Assembly: GCA_965645245.1 (NCBI GenBank)
Contig: OZ287072.1
Span: forward strand, 1,984,001-2,048,000
Origin: Massalongia carnosa
Taxonomy: Eukaryota
Length of the DNA stretch: 64,000 bases
Direction of reading: 5' to 3'
Position 1 is the stretch's first letter, and each line of letters opens with the position of its first letter. The notes below the pieces were generated by a model, which saw only the letters and a program-made list of their open reading frames with translations, did not search any database and had not been told where the DNA came from. The position numbers were made by a program, and so were the translations under genes. Positions 12,797 through 25,219 of the stretch are shown piece after piece.

Positions 12797-14235
12797 TCAG
12801 TCTACCCCCTTCGCTCCCCACAGCCCCTTGCTGGTCTCCCGCACCCGTCGTTCCTGCTCGCGGATCTGCTCCTCTGTCTGTCCCCTTGCATTCCCCCGAC
12901 TATCAATTTCCATGCGATCCCCTCCCGCCCCGCTGGCAGCCACACTCCCCTCCCCTGCCCCAGCAACAGCGCGAGGGGGATCCACACTCATGGCCCCCTC
13001 CATCATGGCCGCCGCACCTCCTTCCCTCAACTTGTTGATGGCACGAATAGTATCAATGGCCGCGTGCAACGTCTTTCGGGCATTAAAGTTCTTCTTGATG
13101 ACGGGCAGCAGGTCAGCATTGGGCCCATCACTTTCGTCGTGGCCGCGCGGCTCTGCGACGAATGAATGGCAGAGCGCGTCGTGCGAGGTCATGCGCTGCG
13201 TGGGGTCGACGGTGAGGCAGCGCTTAATGAATTCGCGAGCGGAAAGGGAGACGCCGCGCCAGTATTCAAGGGGGGTGAAGGAGTAGTCGGCGACCAGGAT
13301 AGCTTGCATTTCCTCGAGGTTTGAGTCTCGGTCAAAGGGCGTGTAGCCACAAAGGAGGAAGTAAGTGATTACGCCGATAGCCCAAATATCGCTGTAAAGT
13401 TGTGTTAGGGGAGAAGGAGAACAAATAAGTTTGAAAAAGACTTTGGCCGTGCGGATGGAGAGATGGTGTACTTACACGGGTTTGCCATGACCCGTCTTTT
13501 TGAAAATTTCAGGAGCCATGTAGCCCGGTGTGCCGCAGGTGGTGGTGAGAATGTGAAAAGCCTCTTCGTCCATGATTCTCGAGAGGCCAAAATCGGCGAT
13601 GAGGAGGTCAGCGTTGTCTTCCGGGGTGCGGAAGAGGAGATTCTCGGGTTTGAGATCACGATGAACGATGCCATGGTCGTGGAGGTAAGCGACAGCGGAG
13701 AGGGTGGCGCGGATTAGGTCCGCGGCGTCAGACTCGTAGTAGCTGCCTTTCCGACATATACGATCGAAGAGCTCCCCCCCAAGGGCGAGGTCTGTCACCA
13801 GATATACTGCCGATAGAAGAAGACGTTACTCTCCCACAATCCTTATACCTAGCTGGATGATGAATGAAGCGTACGGTTGTTCATTGTCTCAAAATAATCC
13901 ACTAAGGTCAGGATATTCTGATGACCCATGGACACCTTCTTCAATACTGCAATCTCATTCCGCACCTTGAACGACACCGTCAGCTTGAGTTCTCCGATCC
14001 GAACTCCCCTCATCCTAGGCATATGCGCTCCTCAGAATGATATACGAACCATATGTTCCCTCCCAGCCATCATCCTCTTATTGATCACCTTGGCCGCATA
14101 GTATCTCCCCGTTTCTATGTGGACGCACTCCTTTACCACGGAGTACGATCCCGCTCCCAAGGTCTTCCCCGTTTTGTATCGGCAAGGCTGGATTTCAGGT
14201 GGTTGGAGGGGGCCAGGCCTTGATTGCGAAGCCAT
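12797..14235 (-). CDS. cmkA: Calcium/calmodulin-dependent protein kinase (CmkA/Cmk1 type)
   Basis: Multi-exon gene. GKTLGAGSYSVVKEC, AAKVINK, HRDLKPEN, DFGLS, CGTPGYMAPE and the CaM-binding KKNFNARKTLHAAIDTIRAINKL. Confidence 0.92.
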
Positions 14236-14833
14236 TCCGAACAAGAACACAGAGGAAGAACTTGGCGAAAATGGTGGAGGGCAAAGCACTGTGTGGCCTC
14301 TCTTCACGGACGATTGGAGGTTGACAAAGCGGATTTCAGAGCGCTAAGAGCTACTCAACCCAGAAAACAAAATGCTGTGGATTTTAATTGAAACCCAACT
14401 GGCAATGAGCGATGCTATGTGCAAAGGCTTGGGCATGAGATAGGCTGCATATTGATATGACAATAGAATACACTATGCTTTAGATCAACTTAAAGGGGGA
14501 ATCGAATTGGGGTGATTCGAGGAAGAAATAGAGGGCGGAGGGGTTGAATGGGCAGAGCGGGGCACGGCAGCCTCCTTTTCGGCCTTTACTCGCTCCCTTA
14601 ACCTCTCTCACATGAAGATACACTAGCGGCCTGGTGTGATGGAGGATGGAGAAGAACTTTTCCACATTTTTAAAAGCCACGGTGGTCTCTTCAGGCATGT
14701 TTCAATTCTATCTGCACCAGGGTGTCTTATGGTATTCGGTAGGTCAATCTACGAGAAATTGAAGCATGGCAGAGGTGCATCTCCCTTTGACCTTTGACCG
14801 AGCTGTTTAATTCAATCAGAGCCTCTGTTGCCC

Positions 14834-17602
14834 CTACATACTCCCATCCCGGCTAAGGCTCCTGCTTCTGCTCCTGCTATATCCATCTCCATCTTGAAGG
14901 CCTATCTTACCCACACGGAATAGCCCCATCGCCCATTCACTGAACATGTCAGGGTCCCATACCTCGTCATCTCGCCCTTTGCCTTTCTTGCTGACCGCCT
15001 TATTGTTCGATCTCTTATCGGCCGTGTGTAAATCGTAAAAGGTTTCGTAATTCTGAATCACTTGGTCTTGCACAGCCCCAACGAGGGTCTCCTTCGTTCG
15101 TATATCGTCAAGGTATTCGTCAAGCTTGCGCCGTAGTAATGGGACCTCGCGCTCGAAAATCTCTTGCATCTTTCTGACAGCTTGCATGCCATCGAAGCTT
15201 CGTTTCGCGGTTGCCGTTGCGTCCATCACGCTCATCATCCGTGTGGCGAAATTGTTTGTAAACTCGTTGATCACGGTCCGAAGCCTTCCGTCGAGTTCGA
15301 CCTTTGCATCCAGCATGTTTTCGACCACCTTAGGTAAAAGTCCTCCGCCCATAAAACGCCATAAATTCCGGGGATCAAAAAGACCGCCCCGTTCTCGAAG
15401 CTCCCAAAAAGTATTCGTTACACCGGAAAAGTCAATGGATACGTCAGGGGTGACAAATTCGATGTCAAATGCAACGATTTGTTGCTTCAAGATAAGCAAA
15501 TGCTTGATGAGGAAGAGCTGTCCATCAACACTGTTCGTTTTGGAGCCAATGAGAGTGGCAGCATGGTGGAGAGAAATGGTTGTTTGATGGACAATTTGAT
15601 GGGCCAAATCATCAAATACCGTCGACTAATAATCAGTTAGCAAGTTATGCTTACCCAACGTCGGGTAGCCGTTTACATTAACGAGTCTGTATATCCGACT
15701 AAGAAGCCATATCGCTTTCCTCAGGGTTGGATACCAGCCTTCAAAAGCAGCCTCAGTATCAAACCCCCACAAGCCATTCGGCGAATCTCCTTCCTCCACG
15801 ACTATGGGGGTCTTTGGCATTGGTGTCGTTGGTTCCGCGATGGAGCCTTTCCTTCCGGAAGTGACTGGTACGTGAGTTTTAGTTCCCGTTAGAGATACCC
15901 GGCGATTCCGAGCCGGGTAATCCAACTCTTCGGGTTTGGGACGATAATGCTCAATCTCATCACGAAGGATGGCTTGGGTCCGGAAAACAAGTCTTGTCTG
16001 AGCATCTTCAAGCGCTGGTAAAATGAGTATGGAGAAGTCGAAACGGTTCGCCTCGATAGAATCTGAGTCGTCATCTTGATCGTGCATGTACCGAGTCTGC
16101 AACAAGGTACACAGCTCGCACAGCTTGATCAGTTGATTTTCGTGAATGATCCGTGGCCGTAGATGGTCATACAATGGCTCGCAGACCGATTCCAAAAAGT
16201 CATATACTCCATACTCTCCGTCAAAGTATTCATGCCAGAGCTCGTATTCGTCAGAGCAAACGCCCCTGGTGTACCCAATACTACTTCGTGCGAATGCGAC
16301 TAGATTCTTCGACGTGCTAGGAGCCATTGCAATATCTCCAATTTTCTTTCTCGCGAGGGGAATCACAAGCTTCCCCCGTGTAGCGGAGTAACTTGTGTAC
16401 AGCTCGTTCATGAGGCTTTGATATTCAGCTTCAGCTCCAGGCTCAGAATTTGCGGGGAGAACCGCGCGTTTTCGAACTTCCCGGGCAAGCTCCTTTGCCT
16501 CCGAGGCACCTACACGGAACTTGGCATATAGAAGAGTAGACATGGTTGTGTCGTTCAACTGCTTGTCAGCAATTCGGCGGGCAACATCAGAGGCGATCTC
16601 ACGCAAACCGCCGACAAAGTGAACCCGAATCAATGTAAGACCCCTAGTTAGGAGTAAACGATAGCGTGAACGATAGGTGGCTGATTCGCGGTGGGAGGGC
16701 TAAAAGGTCAGATTCACATCTTATCAATGGTGTTTAGAACACATACGTGAGCTGCCATGTATTCCAAGCAATCGTCTAGTCGTGCCAACATCTCGGAGAA
16801 TTCCTTGCTCCTCACCAAACTCCCTGCCCCAGGAGCATTGAGCCTCCTCGTGGCTGGCTCTAAGAAACTGTAGTACTTAAGGTTGTTGGCTAAATTATCT
16901 GCCAAGTCTAACATGCGCTTTTGTTCTTGCAGTATTCCTTCGCACTGCTTTCGAAACGCCGTGGTTTGGGCTTCAACGGTTTTGAAGGAGTCAGATAACG
17001 AGGACAGAAGACCAAGGGTAGAAGATGTATCATCTAGCAGAGAATCTAGGTGCGACTGAGATAGTTCTAGGTGGTTTAAATACTTTCTGAACAGCATTAA
17101 TTATAACGATTAATACTGGAGCTTGCTCTGTTGGAATTAATACTAGAGATTAGCTTACTGGTATTCATTGTGACTGGCGCCTAACAAGTCATGCTCAAGA
17201 CCATGATACCAATCGACAAAATCCAATCCAGTTTCTACTTCCGCATCATCCTTCAAGTTACTAGGGAGCTTTCCCTTGGCTTTGGCGTCCGGACCAAGAA
17301 CGGCTCGAACGGCATCATGAAAATCGCTGTACGACTGGCTTCGTCGGTTCAATGTAGCTGTCGAAAGGCTAATAGTTTTATGAACTTGTTGCTCTCCATC
17401 TATGGGTCCGATGTCAGCTTGTGCATCATTGCCCTGCGCTGAAAATCAGATAAGGTACCGAGGTAAACCAAGACAATTGCACGCTTACAGCCGGCTGCTT
17501 CAGCAGTGATTGCCTCCTGTTGTGCTTTCCCTTGTTCTGTGGCTTCTCCTCCTGCGATTGCGCGCTGGGTATGAAGGTGTAGTAGGAGGCGTCATCGTAC
17601 AT
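14834..17602 (-). CDS. COG3: Conserved oligomeric Golgi complex subunit 3 (Sec34)
   Basis: Multi-exon gene starting MYDDASYYTF. LKYYSFLEPATRRLNAPG, LYDHLRPRIIHE, DAQTRLVFR, WYPTLRKAIWLLSRIYRLVN, DGQLFLIKHLLILKQQI. Confidence 0.9.
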
Positions 17603-17758
17603 AATCGGCGAAGTAGCATCGAAGGAGAGGCTGATATTCAAAATGTTTTGCTTGAGCAGAGTTGTCGAGCCACAAGGCTTAGCGAGCCGAAAGCTGCCAA
17701 ACAGAGCTTTCCTGACTTTTCTGCTCTCCTGGAGTTCGCTTTCTACAAATCACCACTC

Positions 17759-18943
17759 ATGATGATACTTAGACAGACATTGTGTCGGCCTGGTTTGTGC
17801 TTCTGTTCAACCCCAGAAGATTCTTGTTATTAAATAGTATCCAGTTGGCCAAATTTTCCAAGGACCGGCAAGATCATGGACGAGATCGCTAGCTACCGAA
17901 GTCAACAGAATCGGAGCATCTCTAGACAACCAGCTAAAAGAGACTCATTCCATCGAGGCGCAGCTCCAGGCCCAAACCCCAATTATCATCCCTCGAATCA
18001 ATAACCAAACCCACACCTCAAAGTTCTACGATGTCGCCTCCGTAGCTCGCAACCACAGGAGCAGAAATCGCCAAAGTATGCCTCCCTCCCGCATACCCCC
18101 CCTTCCCCCCTCTAACTCTTCTTTTTCCCTCCAGAAACCACAACAGGCCGCCTCGGCTCCAATGTAGCCCCTCACTACGAACCTGTTGCTCTCCTCAAAA
18201 AGCCACCGTCTCCCTCTGAAATCACCCTCGAGCTGCTCCTCGCCTCTCAGTCACACCTAGGCCACCACACCTCCCTCTGGAACCCAATGAACTCGCGCTA
18301 CATCTTCGGCATCCGGCAAGGCATTCACATCATCTCGCTGGACGTGACAGCCGCGCATCTCCGCCGCGCGTGCCGCGTCGTCGCTGGCGTGGCCGAACGC
18401 GGCGGGCTCATCCTCTTCGTTGGCACGCGCGCTGGCCTTGACAAATGTGTGGTGCGCGCCGCCCAGTTGGCGGGCGGATATCATCTCTTTGAGCGCTGGA
18501 TGCCCGGCAGCATCACGAACGGGCACCAGATCCTCAGCCGGTGCCGCACCAAGGTGGTCGACGAGTTCGACCGCGACCTGGACGGCTTCGAAGAGGAGCT
18601 TCGCGAGCGGCCCGCGCTCAAGCCCGACCTAGTGGTGTGCCTCAACCCGCTGGAGAATTGGGTGCTGCTGCACGAGTGCGGGATGAACGGCATCCCGACC
18701 GTGGGTATCATTGACACAGACGCCAATCCCACCTGGGTCACGTATCCCATCCCCGCCAACGACGATAGTATGCGCTGTGTGCAGCTCATCGCCGGAATCC
18801 TGGGCCGCGCGGGCGAGGAGGGCCAGCGCGCAAGGATGGAGTGCGCGGCTCGTGGCATCGTGACGTATACGCCTACGCAGTTTGGAAGCGAGGATGGGGA
18901 GCAGCGCGGGAGGGACCGAGGTGGTCGATCGGAGGAGGGTTAG
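17759..18943 (+). CDS. MRP4: Mitochondrial ribosomal protein uS2m
   Basis: Exons 17759-17792, 17845-18075, 18135-18943. LLASQSHLGH..WNP.NSRYIFGIRQGIHIISL, RWMPGSITN, PDLVV, IPTVGIIDTDANP..VTYPIPANDDS. Confidence 0.9.
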
Positions 18944-19772
18944 CCTGGGGGTTCTTGCTCGCTATTGTCATTTTGTTATACATAGGAGCATACTTCTATC
19001 CATACAACATTAGATCCTTCGTGAGCGAGCAAGCGAACTATACACAGCGATGCATCCATCATCTCCCCGGGCCTTCTATCCATATCGTGCTTGCTCAATC
19101 AATCAATATCTACCGTCCTACGTCTCTACGATAATACATGCCATACCCTCCGTCAGTCAAGGAAAAAAGACATAATTTTCTTCTGCACCCGATTCCCCAA
19201 TTCCCGCCCCCATCCATCCCTTTATCCCTCTCTTTCTTTAACTATACCCATTCCATTCTATTCTAAAGCTAATTTGGGGGGGAGGGGGGGAAGAAAGGGG
19301 GATCATAGAAAAATTAGCGATGAGAAATAAAATAAAAGCCACGCAACGGAAAGTCCTGCGAAAAAATCCATCAATCAGTCAGTAAGTCACCCCCACCACC
19401 ACTGCTACGACTACAATCAGCAGAAAACCTTAACCACTCCCCCTCCCCTAACTAACCCACAACGCCAAAATAAGCCCTTCTCCCTAAACTTCCTCCCATC
19501 CGTCCATCTACAAGCTATCCATCTATCCATCTAACTATGCTCCACTCCATGAGCATACCTACCAGTAAGTGTGATGAATGAATTGCGCCCCCCTAACAAG
19601 AAAAGGGGAATCATAAACTTCCCCGATTGAGGATTTGGAAGTTGGAGGGGCAAAGAGGGTGGGGGGGAGGGGGAAGCGAAGAACGCGAGAGAACTAATAG
19701 AGGTAAAAATGAGTACGGGGATCGGTCGTGTTGGAAATAGGTTGAAATCTGAATGATCGGAAGTTTAGCTTC

Positions 19773-21292
19773 TCAATTGATCGCGCGCATGGTCATCTCC
19801 ACCCTGGATTTGCACATGTTAGCCGCGAATTGCATCCATCACTCCGAAACATAAAAACTTACACCGCAAAGGTCCCCGCGCTAACCGGCATGGCCCTTGC
19901 CAGTGTCGGTCCGATCCCTCTCCAAAACCCCCTCCACCCCTCCCCCCGCCACGTCTGCCGCACGCAATCCGTGAATCCCTGATACCGGCTCTTTGGTCCG
20001 AACCCGTTGCTTTGCATCTTACTCTTCACCACGTCGAGCGGATAGCTCGCCAGCCAGAGCGCCTCGCCCGCCAACCCGCCGTAGGCCGCAACACGCCACT
20101 GGCTGATGTCGCCGCGGGCGACGCCGGTGCGCGCGGCGTCTGCGTTCATCATCCACTCGAAGGCGCAGAACCAGGCGCCATAGGCTTGGGCTTCGCGCAG
20201 CACGGTGGCAACTTGGCCGCGGTAGAGGTTGCGCAGGGGTGACTCGCCGGGTTGGGAGGCGATCTTACGGATGCAGTCGATAGGGCCGGTGTAGAGGCGG
20301 TGTTGAGGGCTGTGAGGCTGAGTTTGCAACCGGATGCGAATATGTTCGATGGGACCAGAGAGAAGGGAGTTGGCGAGGCCGGCAAAGGCACCGCTGAGGT
20401 AGTATTGCGTGTAGGTTAATGGGGCGGTGGGGTTGGCGGCGGAGAAGTGCCGGCGGGCCCAGTGGAAGGCGCCGAATTGAATGGAGACCTAAGATAGTGG
20501 AAAGGTGGGGGTTTAGGGGGTTGATGGTAGGGGGAAAAGGAGGCCGAAAAAGGGGAGGTGGCGAAATTGGAGCTACGAGGAAAAAAGAGCAGACTCACGC
20601 AAGCGCCAATCCCAACCAGGGGAGTCAGCGTCCCCTAAAACACATAAAATTCCGCTCAGCTCGCGCTCCTCCATTCCTACCTACGCACACTTTGTTGTCT
20701 AGATAGAAACTCCCACCTTGTAAAATGCAGCTGGGCCTTCATTCTTCAGGATCTTCGTAGCCACATCCAGTGCACTCGAATGCTGAGTCGTGGTTTGCAG
20801 GCGGACTTTGACGATGTCTGCAGAGGCAAGCCATCAGAACTCTTGGCGCCGAGTTTGGATCTGAGGAGGAAGGATAGACACACCGAATGGTTGGCCTGAA
20901 GTACGGCGGGTTGGTTAGGGTGGGTACAAAAAACATTCGTGACATGAGAGAAAGGTTTAGCATGATCAGAGAAAGAGAATATGCCTATGTTCCTGCCGTC
21001 CCTCAAAATGAACAAAAAATAGGGACACAATTTAGGAAAGCAGAATATAGGGAACGAAAAAAACCCTCTCATTTGAATTTGATTGAGATGACATAAAAAC
21101 TCGACTTCCATGAAATGCACGGCAATATAACGGATGCATGTTACGGGTGCTCGCAGCGTGTAACGAAATTACATGAACTCCATGCAGTTGGCACTGACCA
21201 AGCAACACCTGTGCAACACCTCCGGCAGCCCCAGCGAATAGATCTTTTAGTGTTCTTTTCAGGCCGCCGGCTTCCAGGTCTGAGGTTGCCAT
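19773..21292 (-). CDS. YMC1: Mitochondrial carrier, Ymc1/carnitine-carrier-like
   Basis: Exons 21292-21199, 20895-20884, 20817-20717, 20634-20599, 20488-~19863, ~19804-19773. Three PX[DE]XX[KR] motifs: PFDIVKVRLQ, PIEHIRIRLQ, PLDVVKSKMQ. Confidence 0.85.
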
Positions 21293-24200
21293 TACCGGCC
21301 TCTCCTGTGGGAAACCGAGTGGGCGAGCCTTTCTCTACACCGGATTGGGGCTTATTCAAGGGTTTTGGTTTCAGACCATTTGATGATGAAAATTAAAAAT
21401 TAAAGTAGAAATCTTAGGGAGCAATTGTGATTCGTGAACTTACTCTGTTTAGAGAGTAAAAGTACCTCTAGTATTTCGACGTGCCGATTACATTAGTGTA
21501 TGTCCGACACGATCGCATTTGCTACCGCTGGGTGTTAATATCTAATCATGTGATCCACTTCCTCTCCAGACTGGAGAAAATCTGCGTGTACTCGATCTCA
21601 TCCTCCCCGTTGTTGTCATTCTCAATTTTGCTCAATAACCAGTATATTTCAAGTGTTTATCCTTGAATAGATATAGGCGAAGATACAGTAATCGTAGTCG
21701 CATGTCCATGAGACGAGGAGTTCGTGAAGCTTGATGGATCGTTCCTCCATGATCCAGCCAGAACTTCCCAGCATATTTTCTCTTTTCATACTCTCCATTT
21801 GTCTATCGGGCGCGGAGTCTTTCTTTTTGTTCTTGACAGCTTCGCGAGGATGCAACCGACTACCAATGGTAGTACACTTAGGGGCTTGCTATTACCTGCG
21901 GCGAGGGACATACTTTTAGGATTCGGAGAATATTCCAGCAGGTGTTGATGAGCACATATATGAGTTCGGGTTCAGCACTGAGTGGGAAAGGTTGGAAAGC
22001 ATCAGCCTTTACTTTCCAGCTCCAATTGGTTGAAGATATGGAATACGAAAGCTACAAGATTCAACTCCTATGAATGATTACATCTCCCTTTTTCAGACAT
22101 GGTTGTGTGTGCATGGTGTGATGCAGCGCCTCCGTGAGCCCACATGAACTTTCTGAATTATTTTACTTGAGGGATCAATTTATTCTCGATGATCGTTGTG
22201 TTTCTCATAGACATGCTTTTAAAGGATCACATGCATCCATACCCTCTCTAATAATGAAAGTCTGTTTTTATGCAACAGAGTCCTGAAGGCAATAATAGCT
22301 ATGACTACCAAATAAGCGCTTCGCTGAGACGGCATTAGTAGATATGTTGAGCGCACCTTAGCTTTCCCCAAGGTAAGTCTCAATTCCACCAACCTTATCA
22401 TATATCTTATTCTTAACAGCCCTACCTACCAACTCTCCCTATTGCAACCATGCATACGAACCTTTGCCAAGTTCTTCCATCCCGATTCTTCACGGGCACG
22501 CCTTTCATCGCCGAAACCTTTTACATCACAGTATGCATTCTTATCGTCTTGGCCTTGATCTACTGGCGCGATGTTTTCCTCCTCCCCGATGCCCTGGTCT
22601 CTATCTGTCCGTTACACCGACTCGGAAAACATAGGTTCAGGTCGTCGTGTTCATCCAATCGATTCCCTGGATCATTACCGAGTTTGCCATCCTGCTCATG
22701 CCCTTTGCCATCCGTGCGATCCCTACATATGCGGCTCTATCATAGGACCGGCATAGTCGAAAGGTTTTTTTGGTCAATCGTGGTACGGGGTATTCTCGCT
22801 CCACTCCCATGCGAAAATCCGGTAACTTGGTAGCGACAGCGCCTGCACTTCAAGCTTTATCCGCTTTAGCAAGGTGCGCTTCCTTGTCGACTACTCTTTC
22901 CGTAAATTCATATTTCTCCATTATCTTACCCCGAAATAGATCCAGTCCTTCCTCTTACAAAACCGAAAATATAAGGGCTATCACCCTCCCTAATTATATG
23001 GTTCACTAGGAGCTGAAATCTACACTCCGGTACTCAACGTCTCATTATTATATACCCCCTCCCGCACACTAAAAAAGCCCCCCCCCCAAATCCGCCAACT
23101 TCGCAGCAATATCACCCAGAAGAAGGCTCGAACGGCTAGCTTAGCCCCACCTCCTGGAACCGGTAAACCTTGTATACTAGCTAGGGTGTTACTGAAGGGG
23201 ACCAATGACGATTAAGGAATGGGATGAATTTTTACCGGCAGATGCCAAGGCACAGGCAGGCAGGGCTCGCGAGATTTCGCGGAGCATATATACTCTACTC
23301 ATTTCCGGCTTCATGTGTTCGTTCCATCAAGACATTGGCTCCCCTCTCTTTTTTTCCTCTTTCTGACCAAGAGCCCCGTAATTTCTCATTGATATACTAC
23401 CAGGAGCTTTTCCAGTAGTGCGTCGTTTCTCCGTGAGAGCACATCTAGTTTTTTTTGTTTCGTTTCCGTGCGTCACTGATATTTGAAATTCCCTCCCAAT
23501 CCCCCAACATACAACGATAGTAATTAAATAAACAAAAAGATAAGCGTTTTGAAAAAGCAAGATAGGTAGATAAAATAAAATAAAATCCGAAAGCTTTCAG
23601 AAAACGGCTGACACTACTACTAAGGAATGACCTGAGATATCCGTTTTGGGGGGGAGAACTTCCTTGGAAATAAAAGGTCACGTAAGGGATAGGTAGGTAG
23701 GTAGGTAAGTAGGTAGCGAGAATGTAGGGAGAGAGAGGGAAAGGAGTTGAAGGACAGGAGAAATGTATAAAAAAAACCATGAAAATCTACGAGTTTCAAG
23801 GAATGAATGAATGACCGAATGCAAGGAAACATTCAAGACTTCGACTTCGAGACCTCAATTATATGCATCCCTCGCTCCCTCCCCCTCTTTCACCCCCTCT
23901 CCCCTCACGAGGGATTTACAGTTCACATATATAAATACTAAAGGAAAAAGGAAGAAGGAAGAAGAAAGAAGAGGCATCATCAAAGCCCAACCCCCCCGTT
24001 TCCCTATCTTCATCCCTTTCTCACCACCAACCACCACCGTCCCTATCGCTGCTAGCTTGCCTCGCATATCGTACACGTAGCACCATTCATGCAACCAAGC
24101 AACCAAACCAACAAAAGAAATAATCAAGCAACGAAAATTTTTGAAGCGCCAAAACCCTTCCCTTCCTATTCCCATTTCTCCCCATTACCGCGCTTTCTTC

Positions 24201-25219
24201 TAAACTTGTCTTTTCACTACAACCCACCTCTCCTCTCTTCTCCTCCCAAGCCGATCAAAGCACAGAAACCAACCCCCCACAATATGACCACGGCGATGAC
24301 GATGACGACTATGCAACAATGAAAGGAGGAAAGAAGGAAAGAAAAGGAAACCAGACTCAGAAATTGATTGGATCCTTTACCCTACCCCGTGACTTTGAAG
24401 TTGAACCTGATATCGGGACCTGGGCGGGGGTTACAGGTCTTTGGGGAGGCGACAGATTGACTGTCTGGAGCACACCGGTACCTCGTTTGCCGTGGTGACT
24501 GGGGAGAAGGTAATTCATAGGGTGCTTTTGTATACATCCACTTAGCTAAAGGAGGACGGTGAATAGGTGCTACACAAGCCCCCCCCCACACTATACATTG
24601 TTCCAAAACTCCTCCAGTTGTCAGCGCAAAACTTACAACGGTTATTACTAGGGGAGTGAACAGGACACGCCACTAAACACTTAGCCAACAAGCTTGGCAC
24701 GTAGCTATTGCAGCTATTGCAGCTACAAAGATTTCATTCTGTTTTTGGGGGTTTCTAGCTTTTCTGGAAGGGAAATACATGACATGAAAGGTGTAGCAAT
24801 AGTCTGCTTATGTCCTTGGAATTTCGGCTCGCCACCTTCCACTAGCTGAGCCATCATGGTTGCCTACCGCTAAATCGCTTCTAAAACATCTGCCTCTCCA
24901 CAGGTGGCTCCAGACCAAAGAATGAAAGATCCGCCAACCAAATCCACCGAGGTAGAAGCGTCAAGGGAAACCATCTAAGTGAGGCTGGAGCAATGATGAC
25001 CAATATCCACTCGTTCCCATATTTCCAATCGAAGTACAAGTACGACGACCGCAGGAAAGGAAGGGTAAGAGGGAAAGGGTATATCATAGGCGGGGAGAGG
25101 ACAGAAATAAAAAATGGTGGAGACGTAACCGTCAAAATAGAAAATCGCAGAGCAATTGGATGGTCCAATATATTTAGAGAAACCGAGAAATCTGCTGGCT
25201 TAAAGGCCGTTAGAGAAGT

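Noticed and set aside
20896..21198. Long YMC1 intron 1 as a snoRNA host
   Set aside because: No RTGATGA C box with a terminal stem, and no clear H/ACA architecture, by eye.
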